Source of the DNA: an uncultured Chloroflexia bacterium
Lineage (GTDB): Bacteria; Chloroflexota; Limnocylindria; Limnocylindrales; CSP1-4
DNA: 64,000 nt
Assembly (NCBI GenBank): GCA_963776925.1
Contig: CAVZON010000001.1
Location: 765,875 to 829,874 of the forward strand
Direction of reading: 5' to 3'
This document shows, piece after piece, positions 1 to 12,557 of the stretch. Made by a program: the position numbers and the translations under genes. The notes below the pieces were generated by a model, which was not told the DNA's origin, made no database searches, and worked only from the letters and a program-made list of their open reading frames with translations. How positions within the stretch are numbered: position 1 is the first letter of the stretch; the number at the start of each line of letters is the position of its first letter.

Positions 1-1599
1 CCGCTGGCTCGCTGGCGGCCACGCCGTCGAGCGTCACGATCGCCTCGATCAGGTCGCGGGCACGGTCGCGGATGTCGCGCGGCTCACCGACCGGGTCGAC
101 GACCGTCACGCCGGTGATGAGCGTCATCAGCCCCTCGTCGCGAGTCAGCGCGACGACATCCTCGCCGTGGGCGGCGGCCGACCACCCCTCCCCGAGCTCC
201 ATGTCGAACGGGATCGCGAAGCGCGCGGGAGCGTAGCGCCCAGGCCCGAGCCCGCATGGCACGTCGAAGAACGGTTCGCACAGGTCGGCGACCTCGCCCG
301 GCGGGACCGCCGTCGGTTCCTCGGTCGGCTCGGGTGTCGGGGTCGGGGCCGCGGTCTCGGTCGGTGCCGGCGTCTCGGTGGGCGCCGCCGTCGGGACGAC
401 CGCCACCGGATCGGACGCCGGCGGCCCCGCGCTGGCCTCGGGTCATCCGCGGCCGGACGAGCGGCGAGCAGGAGCGATCCGCCCACGAGCGCAAGCAGGG
501 CCATGCCCCCCGCGAGCACGGGCAGTCGTGGACCGCCGGAGCGGGCCGACCCACGGAAGACGACGCTCGAGGCGACGGCCGACGGGGTCAGTGGCGCAGC
601 CGTCGCGATCGCGACGCCGGCACCGGCGCCGGCCATCGCGGCAGCGGCCGGGATCGGCGCCGGACCGGGGCCGTGGTCGGCCGCGGGCGGAGGACCGGCG
701 GGCGCCGGCTGGACCGTCGCGGTCGGCATCGCGGCGTCGCCGGCCAGGACGATCGGCTCGAGGGCCGCCGCCATCGCGGCGCCGTTCGGATAACGCTCGG
801 CGGGGTCCGGCGACAGGGCCCGGGCGATGATGAGCGCCAGCGAGGCCGGGACCTCCGGTCGCAGGTCGCGGACGTCCGGCGCGACATGGTCGACCCGAGC
901 GAGGGCGATGGCGGCGGTCGTGTCGCCTGACCACGGACGCTGTCCCGTGACCGACTCGAACAGGACCAGGCCCAGCTCGTACACGTCCGAGGCCGGCGTC
1001 GTCGTCGTGCCGCGTGCCTGTTCCGGGCTGAAGTAGTGGACCGAGCCGAGCGTGGTGCCGGGCGAGGCGGCCTCGGCGTCCATGGCCAATCGGGCGATGC
1101 CGAAGTCGGTGACCATGGCCCGCCCGTCACCCGCGAGCAGGATGTTCCCGGGCTTGATGTCGCGATGGACGATGCCGCGGACGTGGGCGACGCCGAGGGC
1201 CCGCGCAACGTCGAGCCCGATCCGCGCCGCCGCCCACGGGGCGAGCCGGCCGCCGCGTCGCAAGCGAGCCGCGAGGTCCTCGCCGTCGACGAGCTCCATG
1301 ACCAGGTACGGCTGATCGCCGTCCGTGCCGGTGTCCAGGCAGGCCACGATGTTCGGGTGGCGCAGGACGGTCGCCGCCAGGGCCTCGCGCCGGAAGCGCT
1401 GGGCCAGGTCCGGATCGGCGGTGATCTCGGGCTTGAGGAGCTTGACCGCGACCTCGCGCTCGAGCCGGATGTCGGTCGCCCGATGGATGGTCGCCATGCC
1501 GCCCCGACCGATGACCTCGCCGAGGTCGTAGCGCTCCCCGATCCGGCGCCGTCCGGCGCGGCTTGGGGCATCCGTGGCGGGGTCGCGCGGCTCGCTCAC
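1..1599 (-). CDS. Ser/Thr protein kinase (PknB-like) with transmembrane helix and extracellular Pro/Thr-rich linker plus a Cys-containing domain. The 3' end runs off the window start. There is a frameshift near 470.
   Basis: GTG start at 1599 gives MSEPRDP... Kinase motifs are present: GRGGMATIH, HRDIKPGNILL, DFGIARL, GSVHYFSPEQA. A TM segment (LPVLAGGMALLALVGGSLLLAARP) follows. After that the listed ORF turns into an Arg-rich tail. A +2 frame instead reads PVAVVPTAAPTETPAPTE...GEVADLCEPFFDVPCGLG... and continues past coordinate 1. Confidence 0.85.
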
Positions 1600-1800
1600 G
1601 CAGCGACCATAGCCGAGACCGCCGGAACGGTCCGCCGACGGTGGCCGTGCGGCGGCCTAAGGTAGCCCGCCTTACGACGGATCGAAGGTTGAGGCGCGCG
1701 CTCGATCACGGTGCGGACACGGCCCGATGGCCCGCCGTCGCCGACCGGCCATCGTGGTGTCATCGCCGGCGGACGCCGGTCGTACACCAAGGAGGGTGAC

Positions 1801-1977
1801 ATGTACCACCCCGAGACGATGCTGCGGCTGGCCCGCGAGCGGCAAGACCAGTTCAAGGCCGAGGCCCGGCGTCACGACTCCGTTCGTGCGCTGACCTCGA
1901 CCCCGCGTCAGGAGCAGCGGGACCGTTTCCGCATCCGCGACCTGCGCTGGTCCCTGTTCCGTCCCGTCGGCGCGTGA
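1801..1977 (+). CDS. Small basic hypothetical protein (58 aa, MYHPETMLRLARERQDQFKAEARRHD...).
   Basis: AAGGAGG sits 7 nt upstream of the ATG at 1801. This is internal to the 1711..1977 ORF. I recognised no family. A GC hairpin (ggcgccgg...ccggcgcc, 1988..2020) follows the stop. Confidence 0.35.
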   Translation: MYHPETMLRLARERQDQFKAEARRHDSVRALTSTPRQEQRDRFRIRDLRWSLFRPVGA

Positions 1978-2075
1978 GCCCTTCCGGGCGCCGGTGGTCC
2001 CCAGTGGATCGCCGGCGCCTCCGCATGTTCGGGAGCGCGTAGGCAGCACGACGGCGCGCGCCTATCATCCGGCGC

Positions 2076-5000
2076 ATGCCGGGCGCCGCCACCAGCCCGA
2101 ACCTCGTGGGTCGCGTCGCCGAGCGCTCGATGCTCGACGACACGTTGGCGCGGGTCACGACCGGGACTCCCGCGGTCGTCATCGTCGGTGGCGATGCGGG
2201 CATCGGCAAATCCCGACTGGTCACCGCGTTCGCTGATCGCGCGCAGGGACCAGGGTGCCCGCGTCCTCGTGGGGGCATGCCTGGACCTCGACGGCGAGGG
2301 TCTGCCCCTCGGGCCGTTCGTCGAGGCATTGCGGGCGCTGCGCGAGGAAGTGCCACCCGACGACCTGGCGGTGGTGGTCGGTGACATCGGACCGGGCCTC
2401 GTGGCCGTCGCTCCAGGACTCGCCCGCTATATCCAGATCGACGACGCCGGCGACGGGGGCGAGCTGGCCGCGGATGGTGCCCCGACGGCCCTGGGGCTGC
2501 CCGGTCCCGGCGACCAGGGCCGCCTGTTCGAGCTGACCCTCGTCCTGCTCGACCGGCTGGGAGCCGACCGGCCACTGGTCCTCGTCCTCGAAGACCTCCA
2601 CTGGAGCGATCCGACGTCCCAGGACCTGCTGGTCTTCCTCGTCCGCAACCTGCGCCATGGCCGGGTCATGGTCGTCGGCACCTATCGCACCGACGATCTC
2701 GAACGCGGCGACCCGCTGCTCGTGCGACTGGCCGAGATGGGCCGGAACGCGAACGTCGAACGGCTCGACCTCCGGCCGTTCGACACGAAGGAGCAGGGCC
2801 AGCAGCTGGCCGGCATCCTGGGACGCCGGCCGGAGCGGACGCTCGTCGAGCGCATCCACACGCGCTCTGGTGGCAATCCGTTCTTCGCGGAGGAGCTGCT
2901 GGCCGGTGAGCTGGAGGCCGCCGGTTCCGGTGGCCCGTTGCCGGCGTCGCTGCGAGAGATCCTCGTCGGCCGGATCGCGGCCCTGTCCGACCCGGCACGC
3001 CAGGTGCTGCGCGTCGCTGCCGTGGCCGGTCCGGCGAGCGACGATGCGCTGCTCGGCTCGGTCACCGGCATCCCACCCACGGAACTCGACGATGTCCTGC
3101 GCGAGGTCATCGCCCGGCACATCGTGACCATCGACGAACGCACGGGAGCGATCCGGTTCCGCCACGCGCTGCTGGCCGAGGCAGCGGCCGCCGACCTGCT
3201 GCCCGGCGAGCGACGCCGCCTCCACGAGGCCGTCGCCCGCTGGCTTACGGACCCCGATCGCCTGGCTGCCGGCGCCCCACCGCCGACCGCGGCCGATCTC
3301 GCCCTGCACTGGTCAGCTGCCGATGTGCCAGCCGAGGCGCTCGATGCCTCGGTCCGTGCGGCGCGCGACGCCATGAGGGTCCATGCCTACGCCGATGCCC
3401 TGCGCCAGCTCGAACGAGCGCTGTCGTCGTGGCCGCGGGTCCCGGACGCCGCAGAGCGGATCGGGAAGGATCACGTGGAGCTGCTCCGCGACGCCGCTGA
3501 TGCGGCGGACATCGCCGGCGAGCGCGAGCGCGCGGTCGCGCTCGGGACGCAGGCACTGGCCGAGCTCGATGAGACGGTCGATCCGGTCCGGGCCGGCCTG
3601 GTCCACAGCAGGATCGGCTACTACCGGTGGCTCCTCGGCGAGCACCAGGTCATGGTCGAGGAGCAGCGTCGCGCGGTCGAGCTCGTCCCGTCCGACCCCC
3701 CGACCGTCGATCGGGCACGCGTCGTCGGGGGCCTCGCCTCGGCGCTCATGCCGACCGGCCACTATCGCGAGTCGCGGGCCCTCGCGGAGGAAGCGCTGGC
3801 GACACTGGCCGCGACCGGGTCGCACGAGGGCGAGGCGCGGCTGCGCAACATCCTCGGGGTCGACCTGGTGGGCCTCGGCGAGGTGGAGGCGGGATTGGCG
3901 AGCCTGCGCCGAGGCGTCGAGATCGGCCGCGAGGTCGGGCCTGCCGAGGCCGCGCTCGCCGCCACCCACAATCTGGCCTTCTTCCTGCTCCAGACCGACC
4001 ACCTCGAGGAGGGGCTGACAGTCGCCCTCGACGGCCTCGAGGCCGCGCGCAAGATCGGCATGCACCTGCGCTACGGGCAGGGCTTGCGTGCCAGCTCGGG
4101 CGACATCCTGTTCCGACTGGGGCGCTGGGAGGAGGCGGAGCGGATCACCGCCGAGGGTCTCGAGCACGACGACGCGGATTACTCCGGGTCGCTCTACCTG
4201 CGGGCGACGCGGGTCATGCTCCTGGCCGCGCGGGGCGACCGGCCGAGACTGTCCGAGGAGTTGGTGGCGCTCAACGAGGCGGCCACTGGCGATCTCGACC
4301 CGGATGTCCGCGCGTACGTGCTGCAGGCGTCGGCGGAGGCGGCCCTCCTGGAGGATCGGACCCTCGACGCGCTGCGCGACATCGACGATGCGCTGGCCGA
4401 GTACGAAGGGTCGGACGAGACGCTGCTCGTGGCCCCGCTGCTCGTGGTGGGGATGCAGGCGGCGGCGAACCTGGCCGACAACGGCCGCGCCTTCCGCGAC
4501 GACGGGCGCGTCGACGAGGCGCGCGCGGCAGGTGTCCGGCTGCTCGCGCGCGCGGCCGACCTGGAGTCGGGCCCGCCCGGAACGTCGACCGCGTCGCTCC
4601 GCGCCGCGCTGGCGACGACGGCGGCCGAGGCTTCACGCCTGGAGGGACCGTCCGATCCGGACCGCTGGACGACGGCGGCCGAGGCGTGGGACGCGGTGCC
4701 GATGCCCTATCCGGCGGCGGTCGCCCGTGCCCGCGCCGGCGAGGCGCACCTGCTCGCGCGTGGACCGCGCGACATCGCCGCCGGGCTGCTACGGGATGCC
4801 CACGCCGCCGCGACCAGCCTCGGTGCGGAACCGCTCCGCACCTCGATCGAGGCCATCGCGGGACGCGCGCGGGTCGACCTCGGTGGCAAGCCCGTCGCGT
4901 CCGTCGTCGATGACCTGGAAGCGACGACGGTGATCGCGCAGCGCAGCCCGGCCGAGATCCTCGGCCTGTCCGGTCGCGAGTGGGAGGTCCTGGAGCTGGT

Positions 5001-5181
5001 CGCGGCCGGACGGAGCAATGGCGAGATCGCCGAGACGCTGTTCATCAGCCCCAAGACGGCCAGCGTCCACGTCACCCATATCCTCGACAAGCTCGGCGTG
5101 AACAGCCGGATCGAGGCGGCGACGATCGCCATCCGGATCGGGGCCGGCGAACCCGTCGAGCAGGCCTGGCGCGACCGCTAG
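2076..5181 (+). CDS. Large ATP-binding LuxR-family regulator (LAL type: N-terminal AAA/STAND ATPase, TPR-like middle region, C-terminal LuxR HTH). Frameshift at about 2235-2250.
   Basis: The Walker A motif GGDAGIGKSRLV is in the 2076 frame. The remainder is in the 2188 frame and continues with ...VLVGACLDLDGEGLPLGPFVEALRAL. C-terminal HTH: GEIAETLFISPKTASVHVTHILDKLGV. Confidence 0.85.
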
Positions 5182-5190
5182 GCAGCCGCG

Positions 5191-5783
5191 TCAGTCCGCG
5201 GCGAGCGGACGATCAGTCGTCGCGCCTGCTGACCTTGCCCCTGATCGCATCGTCGACCTTGCGCCGGCGCTTCTGCCCGCCATGCTTCGGGTAGACCTTG
5301 AAGCGACGGGTTGCCCTGCGTCGTCCTGGGCGTTGGTCAGGAGATCGCGTGCCCGGTCGACGTCGTCGTCCGCGAAGGCAAGGGCCAGGATGCCCCAGTC
5401 GGCATGGATGTCGACGGACAGCGCGCCCTTGATGTCGATCTCTTCGCGGCCCAACAGCTCACCGACCTCGGCCAGCTCACCGATCTTGTCGTCGAGCTCC
5501 AGGTCGATGGCCTGGAAGATCTCGACCGAGTCGAGCGTGCGCTGTGGTTGACCCTGCGGCGTCGACAGCTCCATGCCGATCAGCTTGTCGATGATCTCCG
5601 CGTCGGTATCGGCCGATCATCGGCGTCGATGAGGAAGGCGATATGCCCCACGGACCCGCCACGGGCGAACCCCTCACCGCCGCCCACGGCCGCGATGTTG
5701 ATGTTGTTGTCAGCCAGTCGTCGGGCGATCCGCCCGAGATCACCGACCGACCCTGCCGTCGTCGCGTTCACCACCCTGTGCAT
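5191..5783 (-). CDS. Tandem ACT-domain protein (amino-acid-binding regulatory domain). Frameshift near 5575-5610.
   Basis: 5580..5783 gives MHRVVNATTAGSVGDLGRIARRLADNNINIAAVGGGEG... (ACT 1). 5191..5574 gives ...DIKGALSVDIHADWGILALAFADDDVDRARDLL (ACT 2). Same architecture as 16683..17073. Confidence 0.6.
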
Positions 5784-5887
5784 GACGAGACCTCATTGAC
5801 CGGCGGGCCGGGGGTCACGTGGACAGGCCCGTGGACCATCGAGCATACGCCGCGACCGTGGCGGCATCGTCACCGTCGTGCGGGCGC

Positions 5888-7516
<1,629 letters not shown>

Positions 7517-7698
7517 GAGGGAACGGTTCTCCTGACGGGGCCCTCCCGTCGGACAGCGTCGTCCGCGGGGCCCGGTCAGGGCAGTGGTTGGTTCGGGATC
7601 TGGGCAGGACCCACAGGTCCGCCGGGGCGCTGACCGGAGCGCCCATCGAGCACGAGATGTTTGCAGGATAGCAGATATCGAGGAGGCCGAGCTACCGA

Positions 7699-7974
7699 TC
7701 AGGTCTCGTCGAGGAAGGCGTCGACGCGGATCGGCCAGTCGTCGAAGCCGAGGTCGGCAGCCATGAGGACGTCGCGCCAGTCGATGTCGACCTCGCTGGC
7801 CTGGCGCTCGAGGCGGTCCATCCGGCCAGCAGCGACGATGAGCACGGCCGCCTGGATCCGCTCGCGGCCCGCCGCGTCCGATGCGGGCAGGAGTGCCGCC
7901 AGGGTGCGCTCGACCTGGTCCCGATCCGACGGCGGGAAGTCCCTGGTGATCCGACGCCGGACGCGCGCCGACAC
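7699..7974 (-). CDS. Hypothetical protein (about 91 aa) between GH3 and the helicase.
   Basis: The ORF 7699..8064 has protein-like composition (...[83 protein letters not shown]). I propose a GTG start at about 7974 to avoid overlap with the GH3 stop at 7986. No recognised family. Confidence 0.3.
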   Translation of the reverse strand: MSARVRRRITRDFPPSDRDQVERTLAALLPASDAAGRERIQAAVLIVAAGRMDRLERQASEVDIDWRDVLMAADLGFDDWPIRVDAFLDET

Positions 7975-7985
7975 GCCGTCGAGGC

Positions 7986-9906
7986 TCAAGGGCAGGCCGC
8001 GGCCCCGAGCAGGGACCCATCCGTGCGCAGGCCGAAGCCGCGCGGGAACACCGCGCCGTCGCACGGGTCCTTGCCGGTCCGCGGCGCGTCGGCCGGCGTC
8101 CGTGGCCAGGTGACCGGGGTCGTCGCACCCAAGGGCACGTCGCCATACAGCACGTCGACGACGCCGGCGCCCTCCGTCCCCGGCAACCAGCCGGCGACCA
8201 CCGCGTCGGCGTGCGGCAGGACGTCGTCGAGCAGGACCGGGCGACCCGAGAGCACGACGACGATGAGGCGCTCGACCCGGGGTCGCAGCGCAGCGATGGC
8301 CTCGAGGTCGCTCGACGGCAGGGTCAGCGTCGCCGAGTCACCGACACCCTCGGCGTACGGCGGCTCGCTCGCGACGACGATGCCGACCGGGACACGGTCG
8401 CCCGTGCCAGGGTCGCCGGTCGGATCGAAGCGCTGGAGGCGGTCGCCGAGCCGTTCCTCCAGGGCGGCCGCGATCGTCGTGCCCGGCGTGATCGGACCGT
8501 CGCTCCCCTGCCACGAGATCGTCCAGCCACCCGATTGGCGGCCGATGTCGTCCGCGCCGGTCCCGGCCAACAGCACCGCATCGTCCTCGGCCAGCGGCAG
8601 TGCGTCTGCCACCGTCTGGAGCAGGACCGCGGACCGCGCGGCGGCCTCGCGGCCCAGGGCGCGGTGCTCAGCGGACCCAACCACGCTCGGATCCATCGCC
8701 GACGGCATCGGCGCTTCGAACAGGCCGAGCTCGAACTTGACCTGCAGGATGCGGGCGACGGCATCGTCGATCCGTGCCGGATCGATCGTGCCCGCCGCGA
8801 GCCCTGCGCGGACGGCCTCCGCGAAGCGCGGGCCATCAGACGGGACCATGACCATGTCGATGCCGGCCGAGATCGCCCGCGCGACCGCGGCGGTGTAGTC
8901 CGCGTCGACCTGGTCCACGCCCGCCCAGTCGGACACCACGAACCCGCTGAACCCGAGCTCGCCCTTGAGCACGTCCGTCAGCAGGTGCCGGTCGCCGTGG
9001 ACCTTGCCGGCGCCGGTGCTCGAGAACGAGGCCATCACGATGCGCGCCCCGGCGTCGATCGCGGCTCGATAGGGCGCGACGTGGACGGCGTCGAAGGTGG
9101 CGGCGTCGACATCGGTCACGCCCTGGTCGATGGGGTAGCCGTTGGTGGTCGACGAGCCCCAGGCCGTGCCGCCGTCCCCGGCGAAGTGCTTCGGCGTCGC
9201 CAGCACGGCGCCCGGCGCCGCGAGGTCGCTGCCCTGCAGACCGCGGATGGCGGCCGCACCCAGCGTGGCGACCAGCGCGGGATCCTCGCCGTAGCCCTCG
9301 TACGTCCGACCCCAGCGCACGTCCTGCGGGACGGCCACGACCGGCCCGAAGTCCCAGCGGATGCCGGTCGCGCACCATCTCCTCGGCCGTCGCAGCACCG
9401 ATGCGCTCGACGAGATCGGCATCGCCGGCCGCACCCAGACCGATCTGGTGCGGGAAGATCGTGGCGCCGACGACATTGTTGTGGCCGTGGACCGCATCGA
9501 CCCCGTACAGGATCGGGATGCCCAGGCGCGTGCCCAGCGCAGCGGACTGGAAGGCGCCGACCATCCCGGCCCACCCCGCGGCGTCGTTCTGCACTGGTGC
9601 TCCGCCGCCACCGCTCAGCACCGAGCCGAGGAGTTGGTCAGCGACGCCCTGCGGGTCGACCGAGCCCTGCTCGAGCTGGGTCATCTGCCCGATCTTCTCG
9701 TCGATCGTCATCTCGGCCAGCAGCGCCGCGGCACGAGCCGCCGGTGGCAGGCTCGGGTCGTGCCAGTCGACGACCGCGGCGGACGACGATGGCGACGACG
9801 GGGCGATGGCCGACGACGGGGCCGGATCGCTGGCCGGCGGCGAGGCGCAGCCGACGAGCGCCAAAGCGACGAGCGGTCCAAGAAGGCGACGGGTACCGAC
9901 ACGCAT
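7986..9906 (-). CDS. Glycoside hydrolase family 3 beta-glucosidase (BglX-like) lipoprotein. Frameshift near 9365.
   Basis: N-terminus [24 protein letters not shown] (lipobox) and ...[10 protein letters not shown]...[17 protein letters not shown] in the 8836..10023 frame. The 7986..9611 frame then reads [10 protein letters not shown]...KHFAGDGG...FVVSDWAGV... Two sub-ORFs are joined by one frame switch. Confidence 0.85.
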
Positions 9907-9959
9907 GACGGCGATGGTGACGGTTCGCGCGGTCGTCTGCGGGGCGGTCGTCCGCGTGG

Positions 9960-11048
9960 TCAGTCGGCCAGGTCGGCGAGGTCCACGCGCAGGATCTGAT
10001 GATTCAACTCGTCCGAGATCCATATCGCGTCCCCTGCGACGGCGAACTGGCTCGGGTCAGAAGGCCCGATCGACACGAACTTCTCGATCGCGCCGGAGTC
10101 CGGATCGAGGCGAAGGAGCCCGCCGAACGGCACGCCGTTCGCGTCCTCGAAGCTCCCGACGAACCATGCGTCGCCGTCGGCGATCACGACCGAGCCACCA
10201 TGCATCGGGGGAAGCGTTGCGACCGTCGCGACGGTATTCGACGCGGGATCGATCCGGGTGGCCGAGCGCTCGATCAGTTCGCGACCGAAACAGCTGCTCC
10301 AGACACCGTCGGGAAAGGCGCCAGACAGGATGCAGTTGCCCTCCCCCTGTCCCTCGATCGAGGCGATCGCCGAACCAGAAGCCGGATCGACGCGCTCGAT
10401 CGTCGTGCCCATGTCGGGGTTGAACCACAGGTCACCGAGACCGGCCATCCCGTAGGCGCCGGCGTCCACGGCCCGGCCGATCGCCCCGGTCTCTCGGTCG
10501 ACGAGGGCCATCTCATCGGTACCCTCCAGCCCGACCCAGAGGTCATCGTCGATGAAGGCGATCTTGACCGCCTGTGGCATGTCGACCGATAGCTCCACGG
10601 CCCCGGTCGTCGGGTCGAGGCGATAGAGATGGCCTCCGGCCCAGCGGGTCACCCACAGGCCATCGTCGGCGATCGCCAACGTCGTGTCGTCAGCCTCCGT
10701 TGGCGCCTCGAGCCGTTCGACCGCATTGGTCGCGGCGTCGATGCGAAGCATCTCGCCGCTCGTCCCCGCCCAGACGGTCGTCCCGTCCGTCGTCAGCGCG
10801 ATCAGGCCGATCGAGCCGGCGGCGTCGATCACGGCGGCGGGCTGGACGGTCGTCATCGCCGGCACGACACCCGGGATCGCCGGCGACGCGGCGATGGAAG
10901 CCGCTGCGGTCGACGGTGTCGGGGCGGGCACCGAGCCTGCGGGCGACGATCCCCCGGACGATGCGCAGCCCGCAACCAGCAGCGCTGTCAGGAGTGGAAG
11001 CAACGCGCCGGACGCGCGCGACACCGGGAGGCGAGAGGAGGCGCTCAT
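9960..11048 (-). CDS. Lipoprotein with repeated beta-propeller-like blades (YncE/Vgb-like repeats).
   Basis: MSASSRLPVSRASGALLPLLTALLVAGCASSGG lipobox. Repeated D/G-rich about 40-aa units (…DGTTVWAGT…DDGLWVT…GDLWFN…GDAWFVGS…GDAIWISD). Intact 362-aa ORF. Confidence 0.65.
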   Translation of the reverse strand: MSASSRLPVSRASGALLPLLTALLVAGCASSGGSSPAGSVPAPTPSTAAASIAASPAIPGVVPAMTTVQPAAVIDAAGSIGLIALTTDGTTVWAGTSGEMLRIDAATNAVERLEAPTEADDTTLAIADDGLWVTRWAGGHLYRLDPTTGAVELSVDMPQAVKIAFIDDDLWVGLEGTDEMALVDRETGAIGRAVDAGAYGMAGLGDLWFNPDMGTTIERVDPASGSAIASIEGQGEGNCILSGAFPDGVWSSCFGRELIERSATRIDPASNTVATVATLPPMHGGSVVIADGDAWFVGSFEDANGVPFGGLLRLDPDSGAIEKFVSIGPSDPSQFAVAGDAIWISDELNHQILRVDLADLAD

Positions 11049-11161
11049 GTGGTCACCAGTACGCCCCCAGTCAGAAGTGGCGTGAAGCTATCACGCGCCT
11101 GTTTGCTTCGGCGTTGGCGCACTCGGGCCTGCGACACTACGAGTCAGGGTGACCTCAAGGG

Positions 11162-11749
11162 ATGGCCATGTGGGCTGATGCCGGCTACCTCGCGCTCATC
11201 GAGCGGCTGACCGCGGTTCGACCGCCGGTCTTCGTCTTCGGCGGCTACGCCGAAGATGCGCTGCTCGCGGGCAGGACGACGCGACAGCACGACGACATCG
11301 ACGTCCTGGTCGCGAAGGTCGACCTCGCCGAACATCTCCAGCGGTTTGCCGAGTGGGGATTCGCGAGCTTCGAGGTCTACTTCGAGGTGGTGCCTGGCAG
11401 CCCGCTCGTCTATCACGCGGCTGCGGACGGGATCGACCTCGAGCTCGGCGTCTACGACGAGCTGGTGCCTGGACGGCCGTCGTTCGTCCTGCCCGCGGGC
11501 GAGGGGCTGACCAGGGTCACGCTCCCCGGCGACTCCTTGAGCCATCCGCTGGGCCACATCGACGGCGTGTCGATCCGGACCATCTCGCCGCTCGCGTTGT
11601 ATCAACTGCGTGCGGCGGTCATGCGCACCGGTGTCTTCGGTCCCCCACGGCCCAAGGACGAGGTCGCGCAGGCGGAGCTCCGGACCAGCCTCCTGGCAGG
11701 CCTGCGCGTGGATGAGCTCGAGCCCGACTTCGGTCCGTACCCACCGTAG
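11162..11749 (+). CDS. Nucleotidyltransferase of the ANT(2'')/AadB-like aminoglycoside adenylyltransferase family.
   Basis: 195 aa. LALIERLTAVRPPVFVFGGYAEDALLAGRTTRQHDDIDVLV aligns by eye with AadB ...LPLWIGGGWAIDARLGRVTRKHDDIDLTF. Intact ORF. Confidence 0.65.
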   Translation: MAMWADAGYLALIERLTAVRPPVFVFGGYAEDALLAGRTTRQHDDIDVLVAKVDLAEHLQRFAEWGFASFEVYFEVVPGSPLVYHAAADGIDLELGVYDELVPGRPSFVLPAGEGLTRVTLPGDSLSHPLGHIDGVSIRTISPLALYQLRAAVMRTGVFGPPRPKDEVAQAELRTSLLAGLRVDELEPDFGPYPP

Positions 11750-11774
11750 GGGCCGCATCGCCGCAGCGAAGGTT

Positions 11775-11850
11775 TGGAGCGGGAGACGAGGTTCGAACTC
11801 GCGACATGCAGCTTGGAAGGCTGCCGCTCTGCCAACTGAGCTACTCCCGC
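11775..11850 (-). tRNA. tRNA-Gly (anticodon TCC), CCA encoded.
   Basis: Reverse complement reads GCGGGAGTAGCTCAGTTGGCAGAGCGGCAGCCTTCCAAGCTGCATGTCGCGAGTTCGAACCTCGTCTCCCGCTCCA. Cloverleaf fits: 7-bp acceptor stem, anticodon loop CTTCCAA, T-loop GGTTCGAA-like (GAGTTCGAAC). Confidence 0.85.
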
Positions 11851-11920
11851 CCGAGGCGAGGAAGTCTACCAGTGGTGCCTGGAGGTCACGCTCGAATGGC
11901 CCGAGGCTCGGCCGCGCTCC

Positions 11921-12490
11921 CTAGGGCCGAGGGATCACGGTCAGAACGCGTTCGATGTAGATGTGGAACTCCTCGATGTATCTGCTGAGGAAGGCCCTGG
12001 TCGACTCGTCGGCGACCTCTCCATCGCCAGGGAAGGTCTCCGGCGAATACCGGATGTACGCCTCGGGTGCGGTCATCTGCCGGGCATTGCAGAAGCTGAG
12101 CACGCCGCGCAGGCTCTGCTGGGCCATCGCGGTACCGATCTGCCCGCGAGAGGTCCCGATCACGGCGGCAGCCATCTGGTCGAAGGAGTTGTCGCCCGCC
12201 GGCCGCGATGCCCAGTCGATCGCATTCTTGAGCGCGCCGGGAATGGAGCGGTTGTACTCCGGGGTGACGAAGAGGATCGCGTCCGACGCCGCGATCGCCT
12301 CCTTCAGCGCCGTGGCCTCCGGTGGGAAGTCGGCGTCATAGTCCGGGCTGTACAGCGGAAGATCCCCGATCGGGATCTCGGTGAACTCCATGTCGTCGGG
12401 GGCAAGGCGGATCAGCGCCTTCGCGAGTTCACGGTTGATCGATGTCGACGAGAGGCTGCCGACGAAGTAGCCGATCCTATACATGGTCAT
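11921..12490 (-). CDS. NADPH-dependent FMN reductase family protein.
   Basis: MTMYRIGYFVGSLSSTSINRELAKAL...ILFVTPEYNRSIPGALKNAIDWAS. RBS GGGAAAGGG upstream of the ATG at 12490. The listed ORF (to 12748) carries an implausible N-terminal extension. Confidence 0.8.
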   Translation of the reverse strand: MTMYRIGYFVGSLSSTSINRELAKALIRLAPDDMEFTEIPIGDLPLYSPDYDADFPPEATALKEAIAASDAILFVTPEYNRSIPGALKNAIDWASRPAGDNSFDQMAAAVIGTSRGQIGTAMAQQSLRGVLSFCNARQMTAPEAYIRYSPETFPGDGEVADESTRAFLSRYIEEFHIYIERVLTVIPRP

Positions 12491-12557
12491 GGTGCCCTTT
12501 CCCGCGTGCGTCCCGCTCCGAACGACCAGCCGATGGATTCGTCCTAGGATGCACGCC

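Noticed and set aside
84-830. Overlapping ORFs 84..554(-), 167..793(+), 256..930(+), 378..830(+), 443..934(-) with Arg/Gly/Pro-rich translations.
   Set aside because: They are alternative frames of the kinase locus in 72%-GC DNA, with typical GC-frame artefact composition. The real coding frame is the kinase plus its +2 extracellular continuation.
5191-5330. Alternative minus-strand frame ending ...ATRRFKVYPKHGGQKRRRKVDDAIRGKVSRRDD* that superficially resembles a small ribosomal protein.
   Set aside because: No start codon or RBS within reach upstream (the frame is Arg-rich for more than 40 codons). It overlaps the ACT-domain gene. The resemblance is compositional.
11750-11920. tRNA-Gly as a possible integration site or genomic island boundary.
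   Set aside because: There is no integrase, no direct repeat of the tRNA 3' end, and no shift in GC content or codon usage on either side. The flanking genes are ordinary housekeeping or redox genes.
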